Shown here: piece after piece, positions 1-9,184 of the stretch
Numbering within the stretch: the first letter of the stretch is position 1
Layout: the number at the start of each line of letters is the position of its first letter
IMG/VR virus record: IMGVR_UViG_3300044630_000814
Span: 1-63,724 of that record
From: a virus
Lineage: Duplodnaviria > Caudoviricetes
DNA: 63,724 bases
Direction: 5' to 3' (one strand)
Translations under genes and position numbers: made by a program
The notes under the pieces: generated by a model
Databases searched by the model: none
Seen by the model: the letters and a program-made list of their open reading frames with translations, nothing else
Told to the model about the DNA's origin: nothing

Positions 1-183
1 TTGTAGATTTTGCTGCGGGCACCAAGGACGTTTTCGTCACTTACCCATCCGAAAAGGCTGTCACGGAAGACTATGGCAATGCGCTAGCCGCAACCACTGC
101 GGCTAACCTAGCTGGCGGTGCAGCGGGTTCCATTCCTTACCAGACTGCGGCCAACACCACAGCGATGCTTGCGACAGGTACAG
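1..183 (+). repeat. Terminal overlap, copy 1 (circular assembly)
   Basis: 1-127 is identical to 63542-63668; 128-183 matches 63669-63724 with 8 third-codon differences. Confidence 0.95.
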
Positions 184-3100
184 GCGTCCTGATTGGCGGC
201 ACAACTCCGTCATATACGATGTCTCCGTCGCTGACGCAGGTTACCGTTGCTGGTGACCCGACCGTTAACCTGCAAGTGGCGACCAAACAGTACGTAGACA
301 CCCAGACGTCCGCCGGTATTCACTTCCACCAGCCAGTGCGCGTCGAGTCACCGATCAACCTGAACGCGACATACAACAATGGTTCGTCTGGCGTTGGCGC
401 TACCCTGACCAATGCAGGCACTCAAGCTGCACTGGTTATTGACGGTGTGACGCTTAGTGTCGCTGACCGTGTCTTGGTTTACGAACAGACCGATGAGACC
501 CAGAACGGCATCTACGTCGTGACAAGCGTAGGTAGTGGCTCGACTAACTGGGTATTGACGCGTTCCAGTGACGCGGACACTTACGTCAACGCTAGCCCAG
601 ATGGTCTGAGCCAAGGCTCAACTGTCTTTGTCCAACAGGGTACGACCGGCGCAGGCGAGACCTATACTTGCAACACCGTTGGCACGATTGTCTTTGGTAC
701 GACGGCAATCACGTTTGCTCAGATTTCATCTGCGCAGATTTACAGTGCTGGCACCGGCCTGACACTGACTGGCACGACATTCAGCCTCACCTCACCTGTA
801 GCTACGACGCTAGGCGGTACAGGTCTCACCAGTTTTACAACTGGCGGCGCGGTTTACGCGACGTCTTCCAGTACGCTAACCACAGGCACGCTACCCGCAA
901 CGGCAGGCGGCACAGGGCAGAGCAGCTACACGGCTGGCGACTTGCTATACGCGACCTCGTCTACGACGATAGGTGTAATAGCTGACGTAGCCACTGGTAA
1001 CGCACTTATCTCTGGCGGTGCTGGCGCTGATCCTTCCTACGGCAAAATCGGCCTGACCACGCATATTACCGGCACTCTGGCTGTTGGTAACGGTGGTACG
1101 GGTGCAACTTCGCTAACGGGCTATCTCGTCGGCAACGGCACTTCTGCGTTCACGGCTACGGCCACTATTCCGACCAGCGCCTTGTCTGGTACAATCAGCC
1201 TCACCACGCAGGTCAGCGGCACCCTTGGTGTAGGTAATGGTGGTACTGGGATAAGCAGCTACACCGTTGGCGACATCCTCTACGCCTCTGCGACTACCAC
1301 GCTAAGCTCTTTGGCTGATGTGGCGACCGGCAACGCGCTCATCTCTGGCGGCGTCAGCAACCCTCCATCATGGGGCAAGATTGGCCTCACGACGCATGTC
1401 AGCGGCACGCTGCCTGTAAGCAACGGTGGTTCGGGTGCTACGACCCTGACTGGTTACCTCAAGGGCAACGGCACGTCGGCCTTCACTGCGTCGGCTACGA
1501 TACCAAGTGGTGATATCACTGGCGCGGCTCTAACCAAGGCAGACGACACTAACGTCACCTTGACGTTGGGCGGAAGCCCATCGACTGCACTGCTTGCAGC
1601 AACATCCATAACTGCGGGCTGGTCAGGCCAGCTTGCCGTCTCACGCGGCGGCACGGGCAACTCCACGCTGACGTCGGGCTATCTCCTCAAGGGTAACGGC
1701 GTCTCGCCCACCAGCGCGTCGGTTATTTATGACGACGGTACGAACGTAGGTATTGGTAACGCTGCCATACCCTACACCACCAGTGGACGCACCGTATTCA
1801 ACGTCAATGGCACTAGCTCCGCCATAATCTCGCTTCAGACATCTGGTTCAAATCGTGGCTATTTCTACGGGGACGGCTCTACAATCGCCATCGAAGCTGA
1901 AAGTGGCTGCGCCATCAAACTTAATACCGTCAGCGCGCAACCCATGACGTTCTTTACCAGCAACACAGAACGCCTGTCCATCAACAGCAGCGGCAACGTC
2001 ACGGCCAACGTCGATATGCGTGCGCCGATCTTCTACGACAGCAATAATACCAGCTACTACCTTGATCCTGCTGGCTCCAGCGTGCTTGGGATCATCACGG
2101 CACAATCCACCAATGACGCGCAGCTATACCTGAACGGGAATGGAACGTCGTGGGCTGGTATCCAGTGGACGGATGTCAGTGGCAGCGACAACATGTGGTA
2201 CAACGGCTCCACATCTACGTTCGCCATCGGCGGCGGTGGATCGGTTGTTGCCAATAAAAAACTGCATATTAACGGTGGGACAACCATCGGAAGCGGGATC
2301 GCTGCGTCTGCCAGCGGAACAAATTCTTTGTTGGTTGAAGCGTCCATAACAGCCAACCAGATGTACGCGCAAATCTTCTACGACAGCCAGAACGGCGCAT
2401 ACTACGTTGATCCGGCCAGCACATCGAACCTTAATGACCTAAATGTGGCGAGTGGAAACGTCCTTGGCGCAATCGCCACGTTCAATAACATGAACCAAAC
2501 GCATGGTCAGCAAAGTGACTTTAACGCGATTACTAATTTCGGCGTAAGGTATGTGCAAGGCAGTGCAAATGGCCCCGGCATTTCTGGTGCTACCCAGTAC
2601 TATGGGTTTAGCCTCGGTTTGGGGTCAAACTATCCGTATTCGGACTTTGGCAGTCAATTTTACTGGCCTCGTACCGCAGTAGGCGGACTTCCGTATCCAT
2701 CTGTTCGCTTCCGTGAAAGCGGTACTTGGAGCGCATGGTCAAAGATTTATGCTGGCTGGGCCGACGCTCCAAGTGGTGCTACGTTTGCGGCGTCAGGCGA
2801 CTTCCGCGCACCTATCTTCTACGACAGCAATAACACTGCGTATTACGTAGACCCAGCGTCGGGTTCGGTGCTTAATAGGCTAGTGTCCATAACAGGCGCG
2901 GGTAACAGCAACGGCGGCAATTTGCAGCTTGGTGACAAGGACGTAAACACCGCGAAATGGTCTGTGCTGACTGGGGCGCACTATGCAGGGTCATCAGAAC
3001 CAAAGGGCGTGATGCTTATTGGTTCGTATTCGGCTTCTGGGAACAACAGCCTTAGCATCGGCGGCAACATCTACGAAGCCAATCCCGCTACCTATATCGC

Positions 3101-4406
3101 GTTTTATACGGCGACCACTGCCACGCACCCGACAGGCGGGTTTAATCGCTTAAACATCAACGGGAGCGGCAACGTCACCGCCGAAGTCGATATCCGCTCG
3201 CCCATATATTACGACAGTAACAACACTGCGTATTACCTCGACCCCGCCAGCAGGTCTATCCTAGGCAATATCTCTGTTATCACTGGTGCTACAGAGTGTG
3301 GCATCCGCTTTCGCGGTGACACATTGGATTTCGTTGGGCGCTACGGCGGCTATATGTCGTTGTATAACCAAACAACTGGGGGTGAATTTAAAATACTCGA
3401 CGCCGGTTATTTTAACTTCAACCAATACGCTGTAAACGAAGCATCTTTCCGCGCACCCATATTCTATGACCAGAACGACACTGGCTATTACTTAGACCCT
3501 AACGGTTTCAGCAATCTTAACCGTGCTAACTTTATTGCTCAATCTACCGATACATCAGCATCGTCCATTTACCTTGGGGGTCAAAACGTCACCACAAGTG
3601 GCTCGTTATGGATCAACTTCCACTCTGACGGCGACACTAACTACCGTATAGGCAAGCCCGCTGGGGCGTGGACGCAGCCGCTTGAGTTTCGTTTTTACAC
3701 AGGGCAGCGTTTTAAGGCGTCCGCTTCTTATGGCGGTTTTCAATTCATTGACTTCAACACGAATGGTGTCGTGTTTGACATGGCTAATGGAGGCAGTTTC
3801 ACTCGGTCAATCGTCGCTTTCTACGCGCCAATCATGTACGACAACGACAATAGCGCGTTCTTCGTTGATCCTAACAGCACTTCGGTTCTTAGCACCGTTC
3901 GTGCGGCGACAATCCAACACTCGTCTGGTAACAGGGCTATCACACTTAACGGCTCTACGTGGACGGAGTTTTGCGACGTTAACGGGTCTACCAAACTGTG
4001 GCTTGGTGGGAGCGGCGACCCAAACAACTATTACAATGCTGGTATTCACTACTTCCGCAACACGTCCAGCAGCACCACGATGACGATTGATAGCTCTGGA
4101 AATGTCGTAGCCACAGCAAACGTCACCGCATATTCAGATGCTCGCCTCAAGAAGGACGTTGAGACCATTGGTGACGCGCTTGGTCTCGTCGGTAAGATGC
4201 GCGGCGTGCGGTATACTCGCATAGACACTGAGAAACGCAACGTCGGTGTCATCGCGCAGGAGATGTTGGAAGTTATACCTGAAGTGGTTCATCAAGGCAC
4301 GGGTGACGACGACACGCTCTCTGTTGCTTATGGTAACCTTGTTGGTGTATTAATAGAAGCAATCAAGGAACTCGAAGCCCGCGTGGCCGAATTGGAAGGA
4401 AAGTAA
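1..4406 (+). CDS. Long tail fibre (main part; gene begins at 63301 and wraps the origin, ~1548 aa total) with C-terminal intramolecular chaperone (Peptidase S74)
   Basis: In frame with the ORF starting at ATG 63301 via the terminal overlap. Gly/Thr/Ser-rich GTLPVxNGGTG repeats, six RAPIFYDSNNTxYYLDP linkers, and C-terminal SDARLKKD...GVIAQE...YGNLVGVLIEAIKEL typical of S74 chaperones. Confidence 0.9.
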   Translation, partial: VDFAAGTKDVFVTYPSEKAVTEDYGNALAATTAANLAGGAAGSIPYQTAANTTAMLATGTGVLIGGTTPSYTMSPSLTQVTVAGDPTVNLQVATKQYVDTQTSAGIHFHQPVRVESPINLNATYNNGSSGVGATLTNAGTQAALVIDGVTLSVADRVLVYEQTDETQNGIYVVTSVGSGSTNWVLTRSSDADTYVNASPDGLSQGSTVFVQQGTTGAGETYTCNTVGTIVFGTTAITFAQISSAQIYSAGTGLTLTGTTFSLTSPVATTLGGTGLTSFTTGGAVYATSSSTLTTGTLPATAGGTGQSSYTAGDLLYATSSTTIGVIADVATGNALISGGAGADPSYGKIGLTTHITGTLAVGNGGTGATSLTGYLVGNGTSAFTATATIPTSALSGTISLTTQVSGTLGVGNGGTGISSYTVGDILYASATTTLSSLADVATGNALISGGVSNPPSWGKIGLTTHVSGTLPVSNGGSGATTLTGYLKGNGTSAFTASATIPSGDITGAALTKADDTNVTLTLGGSPSTALLAATSITAGWSGQLAVSRGGTGNSTLTSGYLLKGNGVSPTSASVIYDDGTNVGIGNAAIPYTTSGRTVFNVNGTSSAIISLQTSGSNRGYFYGDGSTIAIEAESGCAIKLNTVSAQPMTFFTSNTERLSINSSGNVTANVDMRAPIFYDSNNTSYYLDPAGSSVLGIITAQSTNDAQLYLNGNGTSWAGIQWTDVSGSDNMWYNGSTSTFAIGGGGSVVANKKLHINGGTTIGSGIAASASGTNSLLVEASITANQMYAQIFYDSQNGAYYVDPASTSNLNDLNVASGNVLGAIATFNNMNQTHGQQSDFNAITNFGVRYVQGSANGPGISGATQYYGFSLGLGSNYPYSDFGSQFYWPRTAVGGLPYPSVRFRESGTWSAWSKIYAGWADAPSGATFAASGDFRAPIFYDSNNTAYYVDPASGSVLNRLVSITGAGNSNGGNLQLGDKDVNTAKWSVLTGAHYAGSSEPKGVMLIGSYSASGNNSLSIGGNIYEANPATYIAFYTATTATHPTGGFNRLNINGSGNVTAEVDIRSPIYYDSNNTAYYLDPASRSILGNISVITGATECGIRFRGDTLDFVGRYGGYMSLYNQTTGGEFKILDAGYFNFNQYAVNEASFRAPIFYDQNDTGYYLDPNGFSNLNRANFIAQSTDTSASSIYLGGQNVTTSGSLWINFHSDGDTNYRIGKPAGAWTQPLEFRFYTGQRFKASASYGGFQFIDFNTNGVVFDMANGGSFTRSIVAFYAPIMYDNDNSAFFVDPNSTSVLSTVRAATIQHSSGNRAITLNGSTWTEFCDVNGSTKLWLGGSGDPNNYYNAGIHYFRNTSSSTTMTIDSSGNVVATANVTAYSDARLKKDVETIGDALGLVGKMRGVRYTRIDTEKRNVGVIAQEMLEVIPEVVHQGTGDDDTLSVAYGNLVGVLIEAIKELEARVAELEGK

Positions 4407-4407
4407 T

Positions 4408-4785
4408 ATGGCACTTACGTACACTTGGGCGATCACGTCCTTGAAGAAAACCACAGATGGCAGCATTGACAACGTCGTTGTGCAATCCACATGGACCTGC
4501 ACCGGCACGGACGAAGATGGCGACAGCGGCACGTTCAACGGCGCTACGCCCTTTCCGCTTTCAAGCGTAGACCCCGCTACGTTCATCCCCTATGAAGATT
4601 TGACCGAGGCTGACGTCCTTGGTTGGATAGAAGCCGTTGTTGTCGGTTCTTACAAGGAGCACGTCGATGCGCAAATCAACAAGCAGATTGCGCTAATCAA
4701 AGACCCAGTAGTGGACGTCCCTGAAGGCGATTTCCCATGGGACCCAACACCGACCCCAACACCACCAACACCCCCCGTTACCTAA
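4408..4785 (+). CDS. Tail-fibre-associated protein (putative assembly/accessory)
   Basis: Directly follows the fibre gene; the YTW...FIPYEDLTEADVLGW...PW pattern is common downstream of phage fibres. Confidence 0.6.
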   Translation: MALTYTWAITSLKKTTDGSIDNVVVQSTWTCTGTDEDGDSGTFNGATPFPLSSVDPATFIPYEDLTEADVLGWIEAVVVGSYKEHVDAQINKQIALIKDPVVDVPEGDFPWDPTPTPTPPTPPVT

Positions 4786-4797
4786 AGGAGAAATAGT

Positions 4798-4992
4798 ATG
4801 AACCCCGAACTAGATAAGTATGACGTTGATAAGCAGGAAGCGCCGGAAATTACGGTTGTCCTGTCTATCCAAGAACTAAACACCATCCTTGCGGCGCTGG
4901 CTGAACTGCCACACCGTGTGTCGGACGCTCTTATTCGTAAGGTCTACACACAGGCTAATGAGCAAATTCCGCAGCAGCAGCGGACAAACTAA
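4798..4992 (+). CDS. Small hypothetical protein (fibre-associated)
   Basis: AAGGAG RBS; 64 aa; tight operon packing. Confidence 0.65.
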   Translation: MNPELDKYDVDKQEAPEITVVLSIQELNTILAALAELPHRVSDALIRKVYTQANEQIPQQQRTN

Positions 4993-5474
4993 TGTCTGAT
5001 CCCCGGTGGCTCATCGTCGCTGAAAAACTTGTGGGTACTAAGGAAATTCCCGGCCCTACCCACAGCAAAGTTATTCAGGGCTGGCTTGCAAAACTACGTG
5101 CTTGGTGGCGGGACGATGAGACGCCTTGGTGCGGTGTGTTCGTTGCACACTGCATGTCTGAAGCAGGGCTTCCTTACCCCAAGCTTTATATGCGGGCAAA
5201 AGAGTGGGCTACTTATGGTTCGCTCCTACGTCCTGACCGCGTAGCACCCGGTGCTATCCTTGTCTTTGACCGTGCAGGTGGCGGACATGTGGGCTTCTAT
5301 GTGGGTGAAGATGCTGGGCACTATTATGTGCTTGGTGGAAACCAAGGAAATGCTGTAAATATAATGAAGCTTGGTAAAAGCCGTCTTGTCGCATGCCGCT
5401 GGCCCAAAGATGAGCCGGTGCTTGGCAAGTATGTTTTTATGAAGGGCGGAAAAGTCTCCGCAAATGAAGCATAA
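4992..5474 (+). CDS. Endolysin, NlpC/P60-CHAP-like (TIGR02594-type) cysteine amidase/peptidase
   Basis: ETPWCGVFV (Cys), GGGHVGFY (His) and LGGNQ motifs; adjacent to a holin-like gene. Confidence 0.85.
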   Translation: MSDPRWLIVAEKLVGTKEIPGPTHSKVIQGWLAKLRAWWRDDETPWCGVFVAHCMSEAGLPYPKLYMRAKEWATYGSLLRPDRVAPGAILVFDRAGGGHVGFYVGEDAGHYYVLGGNQGNAVNIMKLGKSRLVACRWPKDEPVLGKYVFMKGGKVSANEA

Positions 5475-5484
5475 GGAATTTGTT

Positions 5485-5661
5485 ATGAATAAAGACGAAA
5501 TGTTTGGTGTAGTACGCGCCGTGCTAGCTGCAGTAGCTGGCTTTGTAGCTGGCCAAGGTCTCGTAGACTCTGAAACTGCTATGGCCGTTGCCGGTGCTGC
5601 AACCACAATCATCGTTGCCGTATGGTCTGTCCGTTCGAAGCGCGCTGCACCTGCGGAGTAA
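5485..5661 (+). CDS. Putative holin (2 TM)
   Basis: AAGGA RBS before ATG 5485; two hydrophobic helices and a basic C-terminus; follows the endolysin. Confidence 0.7.
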   Translation: MNKDEMFGVVRAVLAAVAGFVAGQGLVDSETAMAVAGAATTIIVAVWSVRSKRAAPAE

Positions 5662-5705
5662 TATTCGCCTAATACCCTAATCGCAGAAAGGAGGGAGGCT
5701 AAGTA

Positions 5706-6668
5706 ATGTTTGGTTTCTCTCCTTTTGCGGCTTCCGCCTTTGCGGACCTCCTTGAAACTAACCGGGCCAACCAGAATGTAACTGGCGTTGAAGCCACGTG
5801 CTCTCTTGGTTCCGTTGCGGTCACAGCCGCAGTTAATATCTCTGTCACTGGTGTTGAAGCCACAGGAGACATCGGGCACGTCGATGCTCGGTCGATTGTT
5901 AGCGTCTCCGTAATTGGCGTTGAAGCTCTTGGTGAAGTTGGCACTGTTGCCGTATCTGCCGCCGCATCCACTGTTTTAACTGGTGTCGAAGCTCTTGGCG
6001 AAACCGGTACAGCTAACGCCACAGGCACAGCCAATGTAATTACCACAGGCGTAGGGGCCTCAGGCGCAATCGGTACGGCTGAAGTTTCGGGTAAAGCCTT
6101 TGTCTCCGTCACTGGCGTTCAAGCCCTTGGTGAAACTGGCACCGTCAATGTCGCAGCCTCCGGAAGCGTGGTTGTCACTGGCGTTGAAGCTCTTGGCGAA
6201 ACAGGCACGGTGAACGTCGCAGGCGCAGCCAATGTAATCTCCATAGGCGTAGAAGCTCAAGGTGCGGTCGGCACGGCGACTACCTCAGGTAAAGCCGTTG
6301 TTTCCGTTACTGGCGTCAGCGCCACCGTTGATCTTGGCAGCGTCGTTGTCCGCATACCGAAAATTGTACCTGTCACAGGGGTAGAAGCTACCGGTCAGGT
6401 GGGAACCACTACTGTAGTAGCTGGTTGTAAAGTCCTTGTCTCTGGTGTACAAGCCGCTGCACTAGTTACAACTCCGTTAGTGTGGGGTATTATTAATGAT
6501 AACCAAACACCAAACTGGGTGCCGATTGATGATAGCCAGACAGGAACTTGGGCCCAAGTGAACGACAATCAAACACCAAGCTGGCAGACGGTTGACGATT
6601 CCCAAGCTGGGGATTGGGTGCAAGTGGTAGACGGAAACACAGTAGTCTGGGCTCAGATACCGACGTAA
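5706..6668 (+). CDS. Virion structural repeat protein (22-aa VTGVEA repeats, C-terminal Trp repeats)
   Basis: MFGFSPFAASAFAD N-terminus; about 11 repeats of 22 aa; about 6 WxxIxDxQ repeats of 11 aa. Confidence 0.7.
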   Translation: MFGFSPFAASAFADLLETNRANQNVTGVEATCSLGSVAVTAAVNISVTGVEATGDIGHVDARSIVSVSVIGVEALGEVGTVAVSAAASTVLTGVEALGETGTANATGTANVITTGVGASGAIGTAEVSGKAFVSVTGVQALGETGTVNVAASGSVVVTGVEALGETGTVNVAGAANVISIGVEAQGAVGTATTSGKAVVSVTGVSATVDLGSVVVRIPKIVPVTGVEATGQVGTTTVVAGCKVLVSGVQAAALVTTPLVWGIINDNQTPNWVPIDDSQTGTWAQVNDNQTPSWQTVDDSQAGDWVQVVDGNTVVWAQIPT

Positions 6669-6677
6669 GGAACGAAG

Positions 6678-8618
6678 ATGGCAAGTACGTATAGCAATCT
6701 CAAAATCCAGTTAATGACCACGGGTGAGAACTCGACCACGTGGGGCGACGTTACAAACGTCAATCTCGGCACGGCGCTCGAAGAGGCCATTGTTGGTTCT
6801 AGCGATGTTACTTTCGCCAGTGCCAACGTCACGCTGACCTTATCCAATACCAATGCTTCACAGGCTGCGCGCAACATGCGCCTACGCTGCACCGGCACAA
6901 CTGGTGGCTCGACCCGTAACCTCGTGGTTCCCAGCATCGAGAAGCCGTACATCGTCCTGAACGATTGCGCGGACAGCATCCTTGTTAAGACCTCTGCTGG
7001 TAACGGTATCACCGTCCCTGCGGGTAAGACCATGTGGGTGTATAGCAACGGCACGGATGTAGTGGATGTCACCACCCATCTCACGTCGCTCACGCTTGCC
7101 ACGGCGCTCCCTGTTCTCTCAGGCGGCACAGGCTCCAATACTGCTTCGGGTGCACGGACCAACCTCGGTCTTGGCACAATCGCCACGCAGAACTCAAACG
7201 CTGTCACCATCACTGGTGGTTCGATCACGGGTATTACTGACCTTGCTGTGGCTGACGGGGGCACAGGCGCTTCAACTGCTGCGGATGCACGGACCAATCT
7301 GGGTCTCGGCTCTTTGGCGGTTCTCTCTTCGATTAATAACACCAACTGGTCTGGCACCGCTCTGGCGGTAGCCAATGGCGGCACAGGCGCAACCGATGCG
7401 GCGACTGCTCGGACTAACCTCGGCGCTGGCACGGTCACTTCGGTTGCTGGCGCAGGCACGGTCAACGGTCTCACGCTCACCGGCACAGTTACTTCGTCTG
7501 GCTCGATCACACTTGGCGGCACGCTCTCCGGCGTCAGCCTGACCTCGCAAGTCTCCGGCACACTTCCGATTGCTAATGGCGGTACGAACGCCACGACGGC
7601 TGGGGGTGCGCGCACGGAGCTTGGGGCTACGACGCTCGGTGGTAATCTCTTCACAATCACTAACCCAAGTGCGGTTACATTCCCACGCTTTAACGCGGAT
7701 AACACGGTCTCTGCTTTGGATGCCGCGACTTTCCGGAGTGCAATCGGTGCGGGCACTAGCTCAACTACAGGCACTGTTACCAGCGTTGCTGGCACCGGCA
7801 CGGTCAACGGCCTCACCCTGACAGGCACGGTAACGTCATCTGGTTCGCTTACTCTTGGTGGCACACTAACAGGCGTCAACCTTACGTCTCAGGTCACAGG
7901 CACGCTCCCAATCGGCAACGGGGGCACAGGTATCACATCCACACCGACAAACGGCCAACTTCTGATTGGTAATGGTACGGGTTACACCGCTGCTACAATC
8001 ACGGCTGGTTCTGGCGTCAGCGTCACTAACGGCGCAGGGTCGATTACTATTGCTGCCACTGGCGGCACGGGTACAGTTACAAGCGTGGCGGGCACGGGTA
8101 CAGTCAACGGCATTACGCTTAGCGGGACCGTCACTAGCTCGGGCAGTCTTACACTTGGCGGCTCGCTTTCTGGCGTTAGCCTCACGACGCAAGTCAGTGG
8201 CACGCTCCCTATCGCCAACGGTGGTACTGGGTCTACTTCGACTACTTATTGCAGCCTCACGGCTAACGTCACAGGAACGCTCCCTGTTGCCAATGGCGGT
8301 AGTGGTGCTACGACCCTGACAGGTATTTTGAAGGGTAACGGCACGTCGGCATTTAGCGCTGCTACCGCAGGTACTGACTATGTCGCGCCCGGTGGCGCAC
8401 TCGGTACGCCCTCGTCCGGCACGTTAACAAACTGTACCTTCCCGACGCTTAACCAGAACACCACTGGTAGTGCAGGAAGTCTGGCAACGACCAATTTCTC
8501 CATCGTGGAGAGCGGTGGCGTCCTGTACTTTAAGTATGGCAGCACCAACATCGCTAAGCTAGAAAGCAACGGTGCGTTCACCGCGCTTAACAACGTCACA
8601 GCCTATGGGAGCATCTAA
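6678..8618 (+). CDS. Second tail fibre/spike protein
   Basis: MASTYS...GENSTTWG N-terminal anchor; ARTNLG, GTVTSVAG and GTLPIANGGTG repeats. Confidence 0.85.
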   Translation: MASTYSNLKIQLMTTGENSTTWGDVTNVNLGTALEEAIVGSSDVTFASANVTLTLSNTNASQAARNMRLRCTGTTGGSTRNLVVPSIEKPYIVLNDCADSILVKTSAGNGITVPAGKTMWVYSNGTDVVDVTTHLTSLTLATALPVLSGGTGSNTASGARTNLGLGTIATQNSNAVTITGGSITGITDLAVADGGTGASTAADARTNLGLGSLAVLSSINNTNWSGTALAVANGGTGATDAATARTNLGAGTVTSVAGAGTVNGLTLTGTVTSSGSITLGGTLSGVSLTSQVSGTLPIANGGTNATTAGGARTELGATTLGGNLFTITNPSAVTFPRFNADNTVSALDAATFRSAIGAGTSSTTGTVTSVAGTGTVNGLTLTGTVTSSGSLTLGGTLTGVNLTSQVTGTLPIGNGGTGITSTPTNGQLLIGNGTGYTAATITAGSGVSVTNGAGSITIAATGGTGTVTSVAGTGTVNGITLSGTVTSSGSLTLGGSLSGVSLTTQVSGTLPIANGGTGSTSTTYCSLTANVTGTLPVANGGSGATTLTGILKGNGTSAFSAATAGTDYVAPGGALGTPSSGTLTNCTFPTLNQNTTGSAGSLATTNFSIVESGGVLYFKYGSTNIAKLESNGAFTALNNVTAYGSI

Positions 8619-9184
8619 TGACCCTACCAAGCAGCGGCCCTCTTACCCTTGCTGACATCCAGACTGAGTTTGGTGGTTCGAACCCAATCTCACTGAGCGA
8701 GTATTACGCTGGTGGCGCTTACGTTCCGGCTGGGACAAGCGGCACTTACGGTGCTGTGCCTTCATCTGGTGCAATCAGCATTCGGAACTTTTACGGTACG
8801 AGTAACGTCGTTATTTCCATAACCGATCAGTATATATCTGGGTCTGGTGTTAGTGACGCTTACGCTTTTTACTTCCTCACAGCCGGAGGGCAGGTTGAGC
8901 AGTCCACAGATGCGGGGGGCATCAACCCCACGAACCTTGAACAGTGGTGTACGCCGACAGCACAATCGTCAAACTATGAAGCACTGGTAACCTTAGTATT
9001 TGGTACGCTGTCGGGCGGCACCGTAGGTAGCTACGTCGCGTTGTCCACCACAAGGAGTTGGTACGTTGAAGAGTTTACTCCGGGGGGTTCAAATTTCTGT
9101 GAGTTCACCGTACAAATACGCAAGATTGGCACGAGTACCGTACTCGACACCGCAACAATCACCCTTGAGGCAAACGTATTCTAA
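8618..9184 (+). CDS. Fibre-tip/adhesin-like protein
   Basis: MTLPSSGPLTLADIQTEFGGSNPISLSEYY N-terminus typical of proteins following fibre genes; translationally coupled. Confidence 0.6.
   Translation: MTLPSSGPLTLADIQTEFGGSNPISLSEYYAGGAYVPAGTSGTYGAVPSSGAISIRNFYGTSNVVISITDQYISGSGVSDAYAFYFLTAGGQVEQSTDAGGINPTNLEQWCTPTAQSSNYEALVTLVFGTLSGGTVGSYVALSTTRSWYVEEFTPGGSNFCEFTVQIRKIGTSTVLDTATITLEANVF

Noticed and set aside
1-127. Biological direct terminal repeat
   Set aside because: It falls inside a coding gene and the identical part equals a typical assembly k-mer length; more likely a circularisation overlap.
1-4406. Diversity-generating retroelement or invertible shufflon acting on the fibre
   Set aside because: No reverse transcriptase or invertase; the terminal variants are synonymous third-position changes, not adenine-specific.
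6653-7879. Long antisense ORF (408 aa) and similar shadow ORFs opposite structural genes
   Set aside because: These are by-products of repetitive, codon-biased sense genes, with no RBS or recognisable motifs.
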